Source: Shigella phage ESh24. From it: DNA of 64,000 nucleotides. Shown here one piece after another: positions 23,342-42,100 of this stretch; within the stretch, counting starts at the first letter, position 1; every line of letters starts with the position of its first letter. The stretch lies in sequence record ON528734. The stretch is one strand, 5' to 3'. Position numbers and translations under genes: made by a program. Below the pieces are notes generated by a model. It did not search any database, had not been told where the DNA came from, and was given only the letters and a program-made list of their open reading frames with translations.

Positions 23342-23833
23342 TTATTCCCAATAATCGAGAGCAAGAGTTACTTCAAAGGTTTGGATTTCATTGTTTGAAT
23401 CCCAATCTAATTGAAGTTCACCCACGTTAGTAGGCCACAGACCTTTAATTTCAATTTCTTTTGTTACTGTTTTAGCATCACGAGCATATTGACGAACAAT
23501 AGCGCTCTTTTTATACTCTGCAGGTTTTCCACCAGTAATTTCGTTTCCTTGTCCTGCGGCAATGCTTTGCCAATCAACAAACTTCTGGCGAGCATCATGA
23601 GCTTCATCGTTCATTACTGTAACAGTCCAGTCATCGAATGTACGATCGCCTGCCACGTTAATTTTACGGTTCATAAATCCGACTGGAATTTTTTCTACAA
23701 TACCAGCTGGTAAAGCAGTGGCTTTACATTGGAACGTAAAATTTTGTCCAAGATAAGAAATTTCTACTTGGAATAAGTTAGGTCGAGCAAAATCACCAGA
23801 TTCAAACGCTCGTGTTACATCATCTACAAACAT
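23342..23833 (-). CDS. 19: tail tube protein gp19
   Basis: 163 aa; T4 gp19 length and position. Confidence 0.9.
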   Translation of the reverse strand: MFVDDVTRAFESGDFARPNLFQVEISYLGQNFTFQCKATALPAGIVEKIPVGFMNRKINVAGDRTFDDWTVTVMNDEAHDARQKFVDWQSIAAGQGNEITGGKPAEYKKSAIVRQYARDAKTVTKEIEIKGLWPTNVGELQLDWDSNNEIQTFEVTLALDYWE

Positions 23834-23847
23834 ATTAGCCTCTGTAG

Positions 23848-23855
23848 TATTTATA
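23848..23855 (-). promoter_or_regulatory. late promoter TATAAATA for gene 19 (proximal)
   Basis: TATTTATA on plus strand. Confidence 0.5.
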
Positions 23856-23906
23856 TCCCTATGTTTAACCTAGGGCATATAGAATTAAAGAATTAAGGAT
23901 ATAGTG

Positions 23907-23914
23907 TATTTATA
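23907..23914 (-). promoter_or_regulatory. late promoter TATAAATA for gene 19 (distal)
   Basis: Second TATTTATA on plus strand in the 18-19 intergenic region. Confidence 0.45.
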
Positions 23915-23915
23915 T

Positions 23916-23933
23916 GGCCTGTCGAAACAGGCC
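23916..23933 (-). terminator. stem-loop after gene 18 (GGCCTGT-CGAA-ACAGGCC)
   Basis: Perfect 7 bp inverted repeat 3' of gene 18. Confidence 0.55.
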
Positions 23934-23949
23934 TTTAGAATGCACCGTA

Positions 23950-25929
23950 TTAACCAGCAAGACCAGTTAACTCATCGAAATCTGCACCAGTAGCAGTCGC
24001 AACGAAGTTAAGCTGGATATAATTTATACTGCGCGCCGGTTGGATGTAGAATGTTGCAACAAACTCATTTCTATCAATTACTGACGGAGTGTTATTTGTT
24101 GTATCGCAAACTACACGATATTCATAAATTCCACCGAGAGCTTTAATTCCCTGTAAGTACTGGGCAGTTTCTGTGCGGAATGATGAACGAGTAAACGCAT
24201 TGTTTAATTCGAACAAACGATATTTTGAACTACGTCCGATATTCGTTTTCAACATATTAAACAGACGACGAACGTTAATACGATCAAATGGAGAAGGAAC
24301 AGAAGTAGCTGTTTTATCACCATACAATACGTAACCATCACCACCTGTACCAGTTACCGGGTTGATAGCTTCTTGGTATAAACGGTCGCGCTGAGCCTGG
24401 CGAGTTTCAATAGCAAGTTTAATAACGTTAAGAATCTGGCCACGATTATAACCAGCTGGAGACATCCAAGTCTGAGAAACGTTATCGGTTCTCGCGCATA
24501 AACCAGCAATATCAGCTGCTAATGGAACCCAACGATTCACATCATTATATTTGTCATACTGATATTTGTAGTTGCCATCGATTGCTGCATAGGTTGAACT
24601 GATATTAAAGTTATTATCAGTGTATGAACCTGCTGCAGTTCTCCAATTGACTAAGTTATCAACAGCACGGGTTACAGGAATTCCAACTACAGTTTCACGC
24701 GGTGGTGAGCACAATACTAAGCAATCCTGGCGAGCATCACCAATTGAAACGACGTGTTTTTGGACAGTAGATGCTGTTTCTAAAGATTCACCAGCACAAG
24801 AACCCGCAATAAACAGTTGAACGTCAACAGATTCACGGTCAGCAAAGAAGTCCCAAGCTTCCATCAAATCTCCTGCTGTTACTTCAGCATTTGATGATAA
24901 TCCACCAGACAGAGTTAAAATTCCAGAGAAGCCTTCTGGCCAATTTTGTGCAGTTGCAAAAATATATTCTGAGCCGCCTTTTGCGAAAAAGTCATCGATA
25001 TAGATGTTACTATCGTAAATATCTTTTTCGCCACGCTTAGTTGAAAGAACAACGCTTTGAACAATAGCATCATTACGACGAACTATAATAGCGTACTGTG
25101 AATCAGTTTGTGGTCCATATCCAAACACCGCTTTAGCAGTAGATGCACGAGTACCACCACCTGGATAAATTGGGAGTAATGCAGAAGCGCCTTTCGCATA
25201 GTCAGCTTTAGATACGATTTCAATTTCAATTTTATCGCCTAATTCGCCTGGATAGAGAGCTACTACTCCTGGAATTCCATATTTTTCAAGATTTGCCTGA
25301 AAATCAACTGCTGTCATAGCAGTTTCAGCGCTCTCGATTTCAGCTAATAAAATACCGGAATCAGTAATAATTTTTCCAAGAGTTATTACTGCAGCTAAAC
25401 CGGAAGAAGATGAAGAAATTTCTGCAGTCCAGTTATAACCTAATGCTGGGTATTCGCCAACTTCTTTAGCTTTAGCAATAATTTTTGCAGTAGGAATATT
25501 AATTTTCTTAATTTTTCCATCTGCGTCTACTTCAGTAATTTTACCTTCAGTTTCAATATCATCTGAAACATATTTGACCGTGATTTTATCTCCAACTGCA
25601 TAGTTACTACCTGGGGTAGAAATTGTGTATTCAATATTACCAGCAATTGGCGATGAGTTTTTAGCGGTATCTCTATCAACAGCACGAACTACTCGTAAGT
25701 CATTTCCGTACTGCAAGAAATTCATCGCAGACATAAAGTAGTCAGCCGTTTCAGCCGTAGGCTGACCAAAAGTATTAACTAAATCTACTTCGTTTGTAAC
25801 CTGTTTAATTTGAAAAGCAGGACCCCACTGGAATTTACCGGCCAAAGCTGCTGTACCAGTAGAGTTATTAACCACGGTGCTTTGAACCGTAGTTTCTTTG
25901 AGCTCAATGCCCGGAGATAATAAAGTCAT
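23950..25929 (-). CDS. 18: contractile tail sheath protein gp18
   Basis: 659 aa; T4 gp18 length and position. Confidence 0.95.
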   Translation of the reverse strand: MTLLSPGIELKETTVQSTVVNNSTGTAALAGKFQWGPAFQIKQVTNEVDLVNTFGQPTAETADYFMSAMNFLQYGNDLRVVRAVDRDTAKNSSPIAGNIEYTISTPGSNYAVGDKITVKYVSDDIETEGKITEVDADGKIKKINIPTAKIIAKAKEVGEYPALGYNWTAEISSSSSGLAAVITLGKIITDSGILLAEIESAETAMTAVDFQANLEKYGIPGVVALYPGELGDKIEIEIVSKADYAKGASALLPIYPGGGTRASTAKAVFGYGPQTDSQYAIIVRRNDAIVQSVVLSTKRGEKDIYDSNIYIDDFFAKGGSEYIFATAQNWPEGFSGILTLSGGLSSNAEVTAGDLMEAWDFFADRESVDVQLFIAGSCAGESLETASTVQKHVVSIGDARQDCLVLCSPPRETVVGIPVTRAVDNLVNWRTAAGSYTDNNFNISSTYAAIDGNYKYQYDKYNDVNRWVPLAADIAGLCARTDNVSQTWMSPAGYNRGQILNVIKLAIETRQAQRDRLYQEAINPVTGTGGDGYVLYGDKTATSVPSPFDRINVRRLFNMLKTNIGRSSKYRLFELNNAFTRSSFRTETAQYLQGIKALGGIYEYRVVCDTTNNTPSVIDRNEFVATFYIQPARSINYIQLNFVATATGADFDELTGLAG

Positions 25930-25957
25930 TTTTAATCCTCTTTAATATGCTTTAATA

Positions 25958-29098
<3,141 letters not shown>

Positions 29099-29139
29099 GA
29101 TTTCTCCTAATCTGGGCTTTAATTAGTTTATAATATTTA

Positions 29140-31650
<2,511 letters not shown>

Positions 31651-31662
31651 TTAAAATCCTTT

Positions 31663-31678
31663 GGGGCCTTGCGGCCCC
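31663..31678 (-). terminator. stem-loop after wac (GGGGCC-TTGC-GGCCCC)
   Basis: GC hairpin between the wac stop and the gene 13 start. Confidence 0.5.
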
Positions 31679-31681
31679 ATG

Positions 31682-33139
31682 TTATGCTGGTGATAAAAAG
31701 GTAGAAAGCAATACCCATTCGCCGTCTTTACGAACGTAAGCTTGCCCATCTCTTGGTGCTTCAGGAATATAACCGGCTTCCTGTAAAGTCTGGACATCCC
31801 TTTGTAATGAAGATACATCGCTTTTAATGCTACGAATCTCTTGATTAATTGAAGCAATGTTAGTCTCATTAGCTTTTATTGAATTAGTCAATCCGCGTTC
31901 TTCGACAGTTGAACCATTTGGATTTGTTCCATTTACTAATTTATTTAATGCTACAACTTGTCCTTTAATTCCGGAATTGTTATTACCAATTTCAACTTGT
32001 AAGTTTTGAACATCATTGTTCAATCTATTAACGGAAGTTTCAACTGTTGAAATTCTATTTAAAAGAGACCCAGGAGGAGAAGGTTGTCCACCGCTAGAAT
32101 CAGTTCCAACAATTTGGTTTAGCCATGAAACATTTGCTCGTAGTCCAGATGAAGTGTTTTCACCAACAACTCCATTTAAAAACTCAATTGATGTGGTATT
32201 ATCTTTAATTTGACCTTTAATACTAGAAGGAATATCATCTGAGCCAATTGATGTTTCAATGACAGTCAATCGTTGTTTAATACCTCCGCTTTTATTTAGT
32301 TCATCATTTAAAGCTGAAATTTCTTGGGTATTAGTGTTAACATCTGTGATTATTGAAGTATTTCCTGGATATCCAATAGAAGTTTTGATAGATTTAATTT
32401 CGGAACTAAGATTAATCTGTGATTGATCTAAATTATGCACACGTGAATATATGCTTTCACTAAATGAAGATGGTCTTTGTCCAAGTTCTTGTCTAAGATT
32501 TCCGACTTCAATTGTCAGTGAACCTACATCAGATTCAATAAATTTTTCTTCCAAATCACTTAGACGTATTCCTTGGGAAGTTATAGCATCTGTATTATTA
32601 ATGATACGGTGCTTCATACCCGTGCTGCTATTTCCTACAACAGGAAGACCATTAATGTCTTGCCCAGCATATTGTCCTAATTCCCTTTTAATCCATAACA
32701 AATCATTTCTAATCGTTCTATAAACTGAATTTGCTTGCGAATTAAATGGACCAATGTCAGCAAGAATGCTATCGACAGTATTATTAGTTCCATTTAATAT
32801 TTCGGTATGTTCACTCGTAAGCGTTTTAAGATCAGTGATATCCTTTTTATTGATACTTATTTGCGATAAAGCTTCTATATCACCAGATACATCTAAGATA
32901 CCCTGAATGGTTTTAATATCTTCCTGGGATGTTTCTAATGCTGTTTTAAGAATTCCTATATTTTCGTCAAGAACCTCAACATTTTTAAACACGGAAACAG
33001 TTGGTCTATTCATTGACCCATCGTTTCCATACTTAGTACTAGCTCCTAATATTTCTTCACCATTTTTAATCCATGAAATACGTTCCTGACCTTCGCCAGG
33101 AACGCTATCAACAAAAGGTAACTCTTTTAATTCAATCAT
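31682..33139 (-). CDS. wac: fibritin (whisker / neck collar) with C-terminal foldon
   Basis: 485 aa; coiled-coil heptads; C-terminal [27 protein letters not shown] is the fibritin foldon. Confidence 0.95.
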   Translation of the reverse strand: MIELKELPFVDSVPGEGQERISWIKNGEEILGASTKYGNDGSMNRPTVSVFKNVEVLDENIGILKTALETSQEDIKTIQGILDVSGDIEALSQISINKKDITDLKTLTSEHTEILNGTNNTVDSILADIGPFNSQANSVYRTIRNDLLWIKRELGQYAGQDINGLPVVGNSSTGMKHRIINNTDAITSQGIRLSDLEEKFIESDVGSLTIEVGNLRQELGQRPSSFSESIYSRVHNLDQSQINLSSEIKSIKTSIGYPGNTSIITDVNTNTQEISALNDELNKSGGIKQRLTVIETSIGSDDIPSSIKGQIKDNTTSIEFLNGVVGENTSSGLRANVSWLNQIVGTDSSGGQPSPPGSLLNRISTVETSVNRLNNDVQNLQVEIGNNNSGIKGQVVALNKLVNGTNPNGSTVEERGLTNSIKANETNIASINQEIRSIKSDVSSLQRDVQTLQEAGYIPEAPRDGQAYVRKDGEWVLLSTFLSPA

Positions 33140-33148
33140 TTGTAATCC

Positions 33149-34705
33149 TTAGTAATGAATTTTAATAATATAGTTTAATGATATATTCCATGGTCTAGTT
33201 TCATAACCAATTAATCCTTCACGGTTTAACGTGCCAAACGAGTCACGAGCGCCACCCATTTCAAATCCGTCGTTAGTAAAGAACAAATGGTTGTCCCAGT
33301 CGGCGCTTCTACCATTGCCTAAATATCCACTACCATTAGATGCGCCAAACGGTGCATAACCTCTGTTATTTCCATTTTCCCCCCAGGCACCAGCATGTTT
33401 ATGGTATGACATTTGTTGTGCCTGAACACCGCCAACATGCATTCCGTCACATCCTACACCAAGTCTATCCTTCCCATAACCATCTTGTCCGCGTTGATTT
33501 AAAATATGACTGCCTGTGCCAGCTCCTCTAACAAAAAGACCTCGCATATCAGGAATACCAGGATTATTCCAATCACCACCAAATCTTGTTCCAACTGTGT
33601 TTCTATAATCAGGAAATTGGGCACCTGAGATGGTTCCACCATGACACATAATCCAACCTGGAGGCGCTGAATCACCCGCAAACATCATAATAGTTCCAAC
33701 CGGAACCCTTTCGGACGCATATCTTTCAGTGGCAACAGGTTGATCGCCATTTTTCCACATTCCGCCGCGCGACCAAATTCCGTTTGCTGTAAGATGGTCT
33801 AAATTTAAAGAACCATTAATAGTTTGTCCACCACGAGTATTAATTACATCTGCGTTCCATGCTAATGCTCCAGAACTATCACCTTCAGGGGCAATACCAG
33901 CTTGCGTCGTTAATTTTACTACCCCACGCATAGAACCGGTAGCTCCTCGACCATTTAGTGTTTCACCTGTTACTGCAACATCCCCCAAATTATTATTAAT
34001 TTCTGCTTGTGTTCCTAGACGTATAACACCCTTATATTCTTGTGTTGCAACAGAATTCATAAAGGTATACGGGGAAATTGCATATCCTTCACGGAGAGTT
34101 CCTTGACGAGTTTGCGCAACAGTAGATAATTGAACTACACCTCTCACAGATTCTGATGCAGTATCTTCGGAAGGAGCTATTTGTGAAATTAATTTTATTG
34201 CAAGTTTTTGCGTTTTTAATGGAGTCATTGCCGTAGTATCATCTACTCCAGCTAAAGCTGCAGGTGTAGATGATATTTTAATAACCCCATTTGATGACTC
34301 AGACGAATATCTATTTTGGAACACATCGTCAGTATGGTATTTCAGTTTTTGCGGCGTTATTGATGAATTATTATCTGAGCCTTCTAATGTTTCTTCATTT
34401 GTTGAATAGCGCGTTAAACCATACTTAGTTTCAGTAGCATTTGGATACAATAATCTTGTTGCTAATGTAGCTGGTGTAACGATTTTAGAATTATTAGTTC
34501 CATCTAAAACCTCTTGCTCTGACGCAATCATTGCTATTCCTTTAACTTCCATAGTTGCATCAGGAATACCATTTACGCCGATATTACTTATTTTTGATAA
34601 TGCAGACTGCACTGTCGTGACAGTGTCAGGAAAATTCGATCCTACTGGATCGAATTTAACATATTTTGATTCATTTGATACGTGCTGATATGTATTGTTA
34701 CTCAT
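33149..34705 (-). CDS. 12: short tail fibre protein gp12
   Basis: 518 aa; T4 gp12 position. Confidence 0.85.
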   Translation of the reverse strand: MSNNTYQHVSNESKYVKFDPVGSNFPDTVTTVQSALSKISNIGVNGIPDATMEVKGIAMIASEQEVLDGTNNSKIVTPATLATRLLYPNATETKYGLTRYSTNEETLEGSDNNSSITPQKLKYHTDDVFQNRYSSESSNGVIKISSTPAALAGVDDTTAMTPLKTQKLAIKLISQIAPSEDTASESVRGVVQLSTVAQTRQGTLREGYAISPYTFMNSVATQEYKGVIRLGTQAEINNNLGDVAVTGETLNGRGATGSMRGVVKLTTQAGIAPEGDSSGALAWNADVINTRGGQTINGSLNLDHLTANGIWSRGGMWKNGDQPVATERYASERVPVGTIMMFAGDSAPPGWIMCHGGTISGAQFPDYRNTVGTRFGGDWNNPGIPDMRGLFVRGAGTGSHILNQRGQDGYGKDRLGVGCDGMHVGGVQAQQMSYHKHAGAWGENGNNRGYAPFGASNGSGYLGNGRSADWDNHLFFTNDGFEMGGARDSFGTLNREGLIGYETRPWNISLNYIIKIHY

Positions 34706-35361
34706 GCTATTCTCTCAAAATAATAAAATACCGTAGGTTGTGTGTGACTATCTAGCGTAACAGTTTGCGCACCTAATAATTGCCAAGTTCCGTATCCAGG
34801 TTTAGAAGGAGAAATTATTTCTTGTTTGAAAGTAATTCCTTTATCAGAGTATTGTTCTAAGATATGTTCTTGGTTATCTAAATACTTAACTTGTATTTTA
34901 TTTCCTATGGTAGGATGGTCTTCAAATGAATCAATTGCAATAAATTTTGCAACCATTTCCTGCAGAGCTGTTCTAACGGCACTGGTAAATTCGATTGAAG
35001 TCATTCCATTAGTAGCTTTAACAGGAATGCCAAACATATTAACAATAACTGGGTCACCTGGTTTGGCTGAAGTATCAGTAACAGTTCCTTCAAATGACCA
35101 ATAGTCTGTTTGCTGCACGCCAGTAGGAGATACGCCACTTATATTAACTAATACAGCTCCAACCTGTTGCTCTGCCATATTTCTAACATCATTGATAGCA
35201 GATTCTACATTTGGGTCATAAAAACCTTTTGCTATTTGTGAAATTGTTACAGCGCCTACTGGCTGATTATTCATAACCGAAATATCATTTTTCTTAGTTC
35301 TAAAACCAAGAAAATCTGCTAAGCGGGAAATAACTCCCGCTTTATTATTAAGTAAACTCAT
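34702..35361 (-). CDS. 11: baseplate wedge / short-fibre attachment protein gp11
   Basis: Start set at MSLLNNK (219 aa), overlapping the gene 10 stop. Confidence 0.85.
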   Translation of the reverse strand: MSLLNNKAGVISRLADFLGFRTKKNDISVMNNQPVGAVTISQIAKGFYDPNVESAINDVRNMAEQQVGAVLVNISGVSPTGVQQTDYWSFEGTVTDTSAKPGDPVIVNMFGIPVKATNGMTSIEFTSAVRTALQEMVAKFIAIDSFEDHPTIGNKIQVKYLDNQEHILEQYSDKGITFKQEIISPSKPGYGTWQLLGAQTVTLDSHTQPTVFYYFERIA

Positions 35362-37166
35362 TATGCAATCCTTATCCAACGGTATACAGTAATAGACGGT
35401 TGAATATTACTAATATTAGCAGGAGGAGTATGTGAAGAGTTTGTTGTTGCATAATCTTCACGATATTTTGTATATATAGGACCAGTTTCATCTGGGTCAT
35501 ATTGGCAACCTCCAATAATAACCGATCCATTTTCGTCTTCAATTAAAACTCTTTCGTCGGTTTTAGTCGCAGGAAGATTTGCGTTTTCAAGTGTCACCGT
35601 TGTTGTTCCAACCGTTCCACCGGCAGTATGTGAAGGATTTCCGCTAGAATCTAAATCATTATTGTTTAAAGCAAAGTTTGGATCCGTAACATCATCATTC
35701 CATCCTACTAAAACTTGTCCTTTACCAAATAATTTCCATGAACCAAATCCCATATAAGTCACCGGATTATTTGGGTTTATAGCATTTTCATAAATTGAAC
35801 CAACAGGATAAATGCTGTCGAAAATAGATGATATTGAATTATACGTTCTAGTATAAGAATCAACTTTTTCAACATTTGGCCAACCGATTTTATCAAAATC
35901 TGTTAAGGCCACATCACCAGTAACTTCAGTAGATGATCCTTTACTAACATAACGGTCATCAGTCAATTCAATGATGTCATCTTTTTCTAAAAGAGTTCCT
36001 AAATCATTATTGAACCATGTTATAACGATTATATCACCTGATTCAAATTTTCTATCAAATAAAAGACTGATCGGTTTTCCATCTTCATATTCTATAGAAT
36101 AATCTGTGTTTGATTCTTTCCATTCACCGCCAAGAGATATACATCCTTCTTGCGTATCTGAATTAGCGCCTTCACATAAAAACAGAGGATATCCGGCTGT
36201 TCCAGCTTGTTGTTGTAAAATTCCATTAAAACGAACTTCAAGAGAGTTAGGATTAATAGGTTCACCAGGAATTAATCCAAAGGCAGAAAATGGAATTGAT
36301 TTCATCGTCGATAAATTAGTAACATAAATGCTTCCTTCTAAAGAAGTCTTTGATGTTAATTTTGAATCTAATACTTTTATTTGACGTCTTGTATATGAAC
36401 TTCTCCACTGCGATACACCATCCATAAATGTTTCAATTTGAACAGTGTCACCAACATTACAAGGCTGTCTTAATCTAATATTAAATCCATCAAGAGGAAT
36501 CAATTCTCCTTCATTTTCCCCAGGAGAGCCAAAGTCACTGTTTTCGCTAAATACATCACCGTAATACAATTCGTTACCACGATGTTTTACTCTGATGTTG
36601 TTGACATTATAACTAGTTCCATTAAAAACATCTAAAAAGTCTGTTTGTCCTTGAACTTCGACTAAAAATTCTTTACGAGCTACATTGCTAATGTCTGAAC
36701 TAATAATTTTGTCAATTTGTTTATTTTTGACATATTCCCAACGACCCGGAGCGCAATAAACTAGCTCTAAATCACTAAATTGAACGTTAATTTCAACCGA
36801 TGACGATGATCCTTTGATAGTATCACCAGAAGCGGCTACTAAAGTAACTGGATTAACATTCCATGTTGCAAATACATCCCTAGCTCTAATTACTTTATTA
36901 TAATCATTAACAGTTCCTTTAGGAAGTTGCAGTGTTACTCTTCCAGACGAAGTATTAATAGCGTATGATTTTCCCCATTCAGCTTTTAACGTTTGCCCAG
37001 ATGAAGCATTATAAGTTTTCCAGGCACCGGCTGAATATGGAACATTACCATCACCAAGTTCATAATAAAGCTCATCAAAGTTTTCATTTATTTTTATACC
37101 ACCTTTACGCAGGTAGTCACCGGTACCATCATCTACAACATTACCGATATTAATATTTTGTTTCAT
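35361..37166 (-). CDS. 10: baseplate wedge protein gp10
   Basis: 601 aa; T4 gp10 length. Confidence 0.9.
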   Translation of the reverse strand: MKQNINIGNVVDDGTGDYLRKGGIKINENFDELYYELGDGNVPYSAGAWKTYNASSGQTLKAEWGKSYAINTSSGRVTLQLPKGTVNDYNKVIRARDVFATWNVNPVTLVAASGDTIKGSSSSVEINVQFSDLELVYCAPGRWEYVKNKQIDKIISSDISNVARKEFLVEVQGQTDFLDVFNGTSYNVNNIRVKHRGNELYYGDVFSENSDFGSPGENEGELIPLDGFNIRLRQPCNVGDTVQIETFMDGVSQWRSSYTRRQIKVLDSKLTSKTSLEGSIYVTNLSTMKSIPFSAFGLIPGEPINPNSLEVRFNGILQQQAGTAGYPLFLCEGANSDTQEGCISLGGEWKESNTDYSIEYEDGKPISLLFDRKFESGDIIVITWFNNDLGTLLEKDDIIELTDDRYVSKGSSTEVTGDVALTDFDKIGWPNVEKVDSYTRTYNSISSIFDSIYPVGSIYENAINPNNPVTYMGFGSWKLFGKGQVLVGWNDDVTDPNFALNNNDLDSSGNPSHTAGGTVGTTTVTLENANLPATKTDERVLIEDENGSVIIGGCQYDPDETGPIYTKYREDYATTNSSHTPPANISNIQPSITVYRWIRIA

Positions 37167-38032
37167 TATTGAGCCACCCCGATTTTCTGCGTAGCGATAA
37201 CTTTAACTGCTGCTCTCATACCGACAGTTGAAGAACTTATAGTCGCCGTTACATAATTTTCTTTAATACTAAATGCAATATTAGCGATTTCGTCTTCTTC
37301 GGTTTCATTCCCAACTCGCATGACAGCATATTCAGAAGAAATGACCTCTGAATTAACAGTATCCACAAGAATATTTATTTCTGCTGTTTTAATTTTTCTT
37401 CCATCTACCGATTGGCACGTAACTAGTAATTTAGCCATATTGTATTCAGTACGATGAAATAGTGGAATATCAACTGATCCAGATGTAGAAATATTCCATG
37501 TACCTTCAGCTGGTGATTCCTTTTGTCCAAACATGCTTTCAATAGAATAATTCCAAACCGATGTAGAATTATCAGATGAAATACAGCGTAAAGTAACTTT
37601 ACTATATGGAGTAGTTACTACTAAATTACCTGAAACACCTTTAATTGAATCAATAGCCTGAATCGTTAAAGGATTAGTAACTGATATTGATCCATTAGAG
37701 TTAATGAATTCAACACAATCGCCAAGTTCTCCTCTTTCAATAATAACTTTAACACCTACAGTAGAGGTATCAATATCATGTCTAGTACCAACTTTCACCG
37801 GAGTTGCGTACTCTGTGATAGAATGCTTTTGATAATATCCAGTAGCATGGATAATTTGGCCGTCAGCACCAGTGCCATTTGCTACTGCCATTTTACGCTG
37901 ATCGCCAAACGCATTATAAATTGCATTAAAATCACTATTAATTTTATTACCACCGTCGAATAAGATATCACCAGTAGAAGCGTTACCAATTTCGCCGGTA
38001 TCAATCAATTTCTTTGGTTCTTGAATGAACAT
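37166..38032 (-). CDS. 9: baseplate wedge / long-fibre socket protein gp9
   Basis: 288 aa; T4 gp9 length. Confidence 0.9.
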   Translation of the reverse strand: MFIQEPKKLIDTGEIGNASTGDILFDGGNKINSDFNAIYNAFGDQRKMAVANGTGADGQIIHATGYYQKHSITEYATPVKVGTRHDIDTSTVGVKVIIERGELGDCVEFINSNGSISVTNPLTIQAIDSIKGVSGNLVVTTPYSKVTLRCISSDNSTSVWNYSIESMFGQKESPAEGTWNISTSGSVDIPLFHRTEYNMAKLLVTCQSVDGRKIKTAEINILVDTVNSEVISSEYAVMRVGNETEEDEIANIAFSIKENYVTATISSSTVGMRAAVKVIATQKIGVAQ

Positions 38033-38056
38033 AGCGGTTTCCTTATGAGTTTATAG

Positions 38057-38064
38057 TATTTATA
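38057..38064 (-). promoter_or_regulatory. late promoter TATAAATA for gene 9
   Basis: TATTTATA on plus strand upstream of the gene 9 start. Confidence 0.5.
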
Positions 38065-38073
38065 AAGAAAAAA

Positions 38074-38091
38074 GGGAGCCCATGGGCTCCC
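38074..38091 (-). terminator. palindromic stem-loop after gene 8 (GGGAGCCCATGGGCTCCC)
   Basis: Perfect palindrome 3' of gene 8. Confidence 0.55.
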
Positions 38092-38096
38092 TTAAT

Positions 38097-39101
38097 TTAA
38101 AATGTAAACAGAATATTGATTTCTTCTGTTTGATCCATTGCCATGATAATGGGTGGCCTATTTTCCATATAAATCATTTCGCCCGAATGCCTCATTAAAT
38201 CTTCCGGATCATAGTAATCCTTTTCAGCTTTAACGTTTGGGTCATTTGGATGAACTTTAGCTTCAAGAGGATTCGTGATTATCGATATTTGTCTAAATCC
38301 TTTATTTCCTGGCAATGCAGCTTCAGGAAAATAAACTGAATCTAAATATGCTTTAAAACGGATAGTATTTGCCTTAACACGGTAAATTAATCCAAAATCG
38401 TCTTGTTGCCAAGTGAGATTATCTTCATACCCCCATCTAGTCGGGTCTTCTTTTAATTCCTCAGGCCAAGGAACTACGATATATTCATTCGTGCATCTGT
38501 TTATAGATACATCAGGCGGAATCTCAAAAAGATATTCCCATACATACCCATCTCCAGGTTCGATTGTTCCTTCAGCATCTCCTCGACCTTCAGGAGGAGT
38601 CATTGATCTAGCAGAAGGAGTCCATTTTCCACCTAACTTAAGGCATTCATCCTTATCAGTTAAAGATGCGATTGAACACATTCCGGTATCAGGAACATCT
38701 AAACAACGATATACTAACCAGCCTGCGCCTGATTCAGTAGCGTTGTAAGGAGCTGAGTTACACACTACAATATCGTTAATTCTAAATGTGTATGGATCCG
38801 GATATCTAGTATCTCCCCAATCTCTGCGAGGAATAACTGCATCAAGCATAGATGGAAGAACCTTCACGGTTCCCATCATATGAGTCCACATGTCAGTTAC
38901 ACCTAATACAGAATCGGTAGGATAAGGCGGGGCAAAGCCCGCCTCATTTTCATTTGATGACCACGGTTCTGATCTTCCAAATGTGATAAAGATAGTGTTT
39001 TTATCCGGACCACTTCCAATTGAATTATAAAAATTCAACATTTTTTCTGTTCTAAATTTTGAAGTAACTATCGCACGATAGATAACACTTGAATCATTCA
39101 T
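38097..39101 (-). CDS. 8: baseplate wedge protein gp8
   Basis: 334 aa; T4 gp8 length. Confidence 0.9.
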   Translation of the reverse strand: MNDSSVIYRAIVTSKFRTEKMLNFYNSIGSGPDKNTIFITFGRSEPWSSNENEAGFAPPYPTDSVLGVTDMWTHMMGTVKVLPSMLDAVIPRRDWGDTRYPDPYTFRINDIVVCNSAPYNATESGAGWLVYRCLDVPDTGMCSIASLTDKDECLKLGGKWTPSARSMTPPEGRGDAEGTIEPGDGYVWEYLFEIPPDVSINRCTNEYIVVPWPEELKEDPTRWGYEDNLTWQQDDFGLIYRVKANTIRFKAYLDSVYFPEAALPGNKGFRQISIITNPLEAKVHPNDPNVKAEKDYYDPEDLMRHSGEMIYMENRPPIIMAMDQTEEINILFTF

Positions 39102-42100
39102 CTATTTTAACCTGTGTTGGATTTTCAGGGTCTCTTGGATTTCCTATATTATCTTTTAGACGTTTATTAACTAAATCTCTAAATTGCGCAAATGTTGTTC
39201 CAGATGCATCAAATAAAGGACTCATTAATTTACGTCGTTCAGATGGCAATTGACCTTGAAATATTGAATTATTATTTTCAGCATTATAGTCATCAGGAAG
39301 AGGATATTTTACACCAGCCATTGGGCCAGGCTCATAAATTGCTTCGCCTGTTACCGAATCATGCTCAATTTCACCAGTTGGAGTCAATTTAGCTACTCTA
39401 TCAGCATATTCAGTAGGCAATCCAGAATCCCATTTATAGTTTTTGTATTTATTAATTATAGTCTCTGTATGTTTAAGAGTTAAACCAACATTAATAAACA
39501 TTGTTAAAAGGGTAATTGCTATAAATCCAAATCCTACTGGATGAACAAAACGAATAACGTCAGATTTCCAGCGGGAAGAAGGTAAATTGGATTTAATTTT
39601 CATTACATAATATGATCTACTTCTATTAATATAGTCTATATTATTTTGAAGCAAGTCCTTTCCTTTAACCCCACGAATAATTTCGCCTTCAAAACTAGGA
39701 AGTCTTTCTGCTTTAACTTCTTGACCAGCAATTAATCGTCCCAAAAGATTATGAATAGTTACGGTCCATTGCAATTTACCATTAGAATAGCTTCTTTCTA
39801 TATAAGTAACATTACATCTTCCTGTAGCTGTATAAATCGTTTGTCCTACTAAGTCTTCAGTCAAAGAATCAGATTGAACGATTATATCATATTCAGTACC
39901 AGCCCCAGATTCAATTTCAATTTCAACCTCTTCATTATAAAGAACTTTAAAAAGAAATTTGTATGATGCTTCAATTCCTTTAGTAGAATAAAAATCATAG
40001 CTACGCGATTCGAAAAATCTTGCAACAGCATCACGTTTGTCAGCATTTAAATAAATGTTTCTTTTATATATCTCTGACCACAAATATTCCCACGCATGCT
40101 CTTCTCGTGGATATTTGTTACGAATTAAATTTCGTAAATTATTATACTGAGTTCCATATCCATCAGAAAGATACTGAATATATGCTTCGCAAAATGCCTC
40201 AAAATTCGAATCCTGTAACAAATAAGAATCAGGCATCATTGTGCCAATCAATGGTCTTAAATCAGGATCAGCTAATCCATGCTCTTCTTCCGGGGACCAA
40301 GGAGTTTCACGCTCTTGGTTTTGTAAAAATGCTTTTAAAAATATTCCAGTTGGCTTCCAAATTATTTCAACCGTGTCTCTCACCCGATAGTTAAAATCAT
40401 AGTAAGAAATTATTTCACCAGAAGACTTATAAAAAAGCATCCCAGATGCGTATTTTTTAAATCCCGTGAATTTAACATTTGGCATTACTATAGTACAATC
40501 GCCATCATCCCAGTATTCATGAACTAATCTATCTGGTGATGTTTCCGGAATATTTTCTATAACTTTAGTGTATTTTAAATCAGCATAAACTACTACAGCT
40601 CTATCAGAGTTGTTTATCCAACAGCGTGTGTTAGATTTTTTAGACCAGTTAAAGAATGGTTCTGCATAGTATTTCATCGGCTGAGGCGTAAAAGTTTCCC
40701 AATCAGATTTTTCATCTGCTATAAATGCCATCATATGATAATGCTTATCAGCTAACCATTCACGAGGAAATTCATATTTGACAGCACCAATTAACTGATA
40801 TTTTGCTGCAGTTTCAGGGTCATTAACAACATTATCACTTAAAAATTTAAAATTACTCGAAGACAGAGAAACTAATTTACCGTCAGTTGACATATTCGCA
40901 TATCCGGGTTGAATACGTCTTCTTTCTTCTTCGGTATTACCAAAAACTCTTTTCCACGTTTTTGTGTCATGATTTAAAACATATATTCCTTTATCAGCAG
41001 AATCAATTATTTTTGAAGTTCTCGGATTGGCATTTAATGTTTCAACTTCACCAATAATAAGAGCAAAAACTTTATCACCGATAGAATCCATTTTATAGCA
41101 TACTGCTTTAGGATTTCCGGTTATAGTCATTGTATCGGGCTCAAAAAGTCTTTCCGAATATGTTGGAGATAATGGATCAGAATCTATAGGTGCATTACTC
41201 GTTTTTATGTATCTAACTTTGTCTCTGGCGACAACGTAAATGTAATCATCGGTGCAAGTAATAGCTTCTGCAATGCGGTATACATTAGCTGGTAAAGTCG
41301 CATAAGTGGCAAAAATTTCTACATCAAATCCTAGATGCAATTGGTCACCAAGTTTAGCGAATGTTATATCCTGTGAACTAAATCTGACATCATCAGCTGA
41401 CCATCTAACATCAGTAGATTTACGGCCGTAGAAAATCTTGTCGTATCCTAGAACGTATGTTGTGTTTGCAGATTGGTAATATACTGTCTTAGATAAAGGA
41501 TATCCTACACGGTCATTGAAGAGCTTTACAGCTTTCCAAGTTTGTCCTTTATCATTGGATACTTTAACTACAGGTTGATAGCGCTCAAAAAGATATAGAA
41601 TTCCTTCTGATTCCATCAAATAAACACGGTTAATATCCTTACATACTTGCTGAATAGAACCTTGTATTTCATGATACTCATTTTCACCAATAATAAAATT
41701 ACTTATTGATGAAACATCAACATATGATGGGCTGAATTGGAACGATTCATTCATCAATGCAGCCATTATAGTGTCATTATTAAAATTGACATAATTAGAA
41801 TTGTTAAGAGTAAATTTTTCCTGAATGAATTTATTGGCTAATTGCATTTCAATCATGTTTTGAAATGTGTAAGCATTCGTAGCAAAAGTTTCAAACTCTT
41901 CTGTATAAACCCAATCAGATTGCTCAAAATCTTGTGCAGCTGTAGCTACTCTAATGATGTATGATGTTAGTGGATCAGCATCATCAAAAAAGAAACTATT
42001 ATTTGCTGTATATCCTAAATTAATCCAACGATATTGATCGCTCGGGAGATTTTCCCCCGAGTCTGTTTTTGTCTCAGCGATTTCTACAAAATAGTAGAAA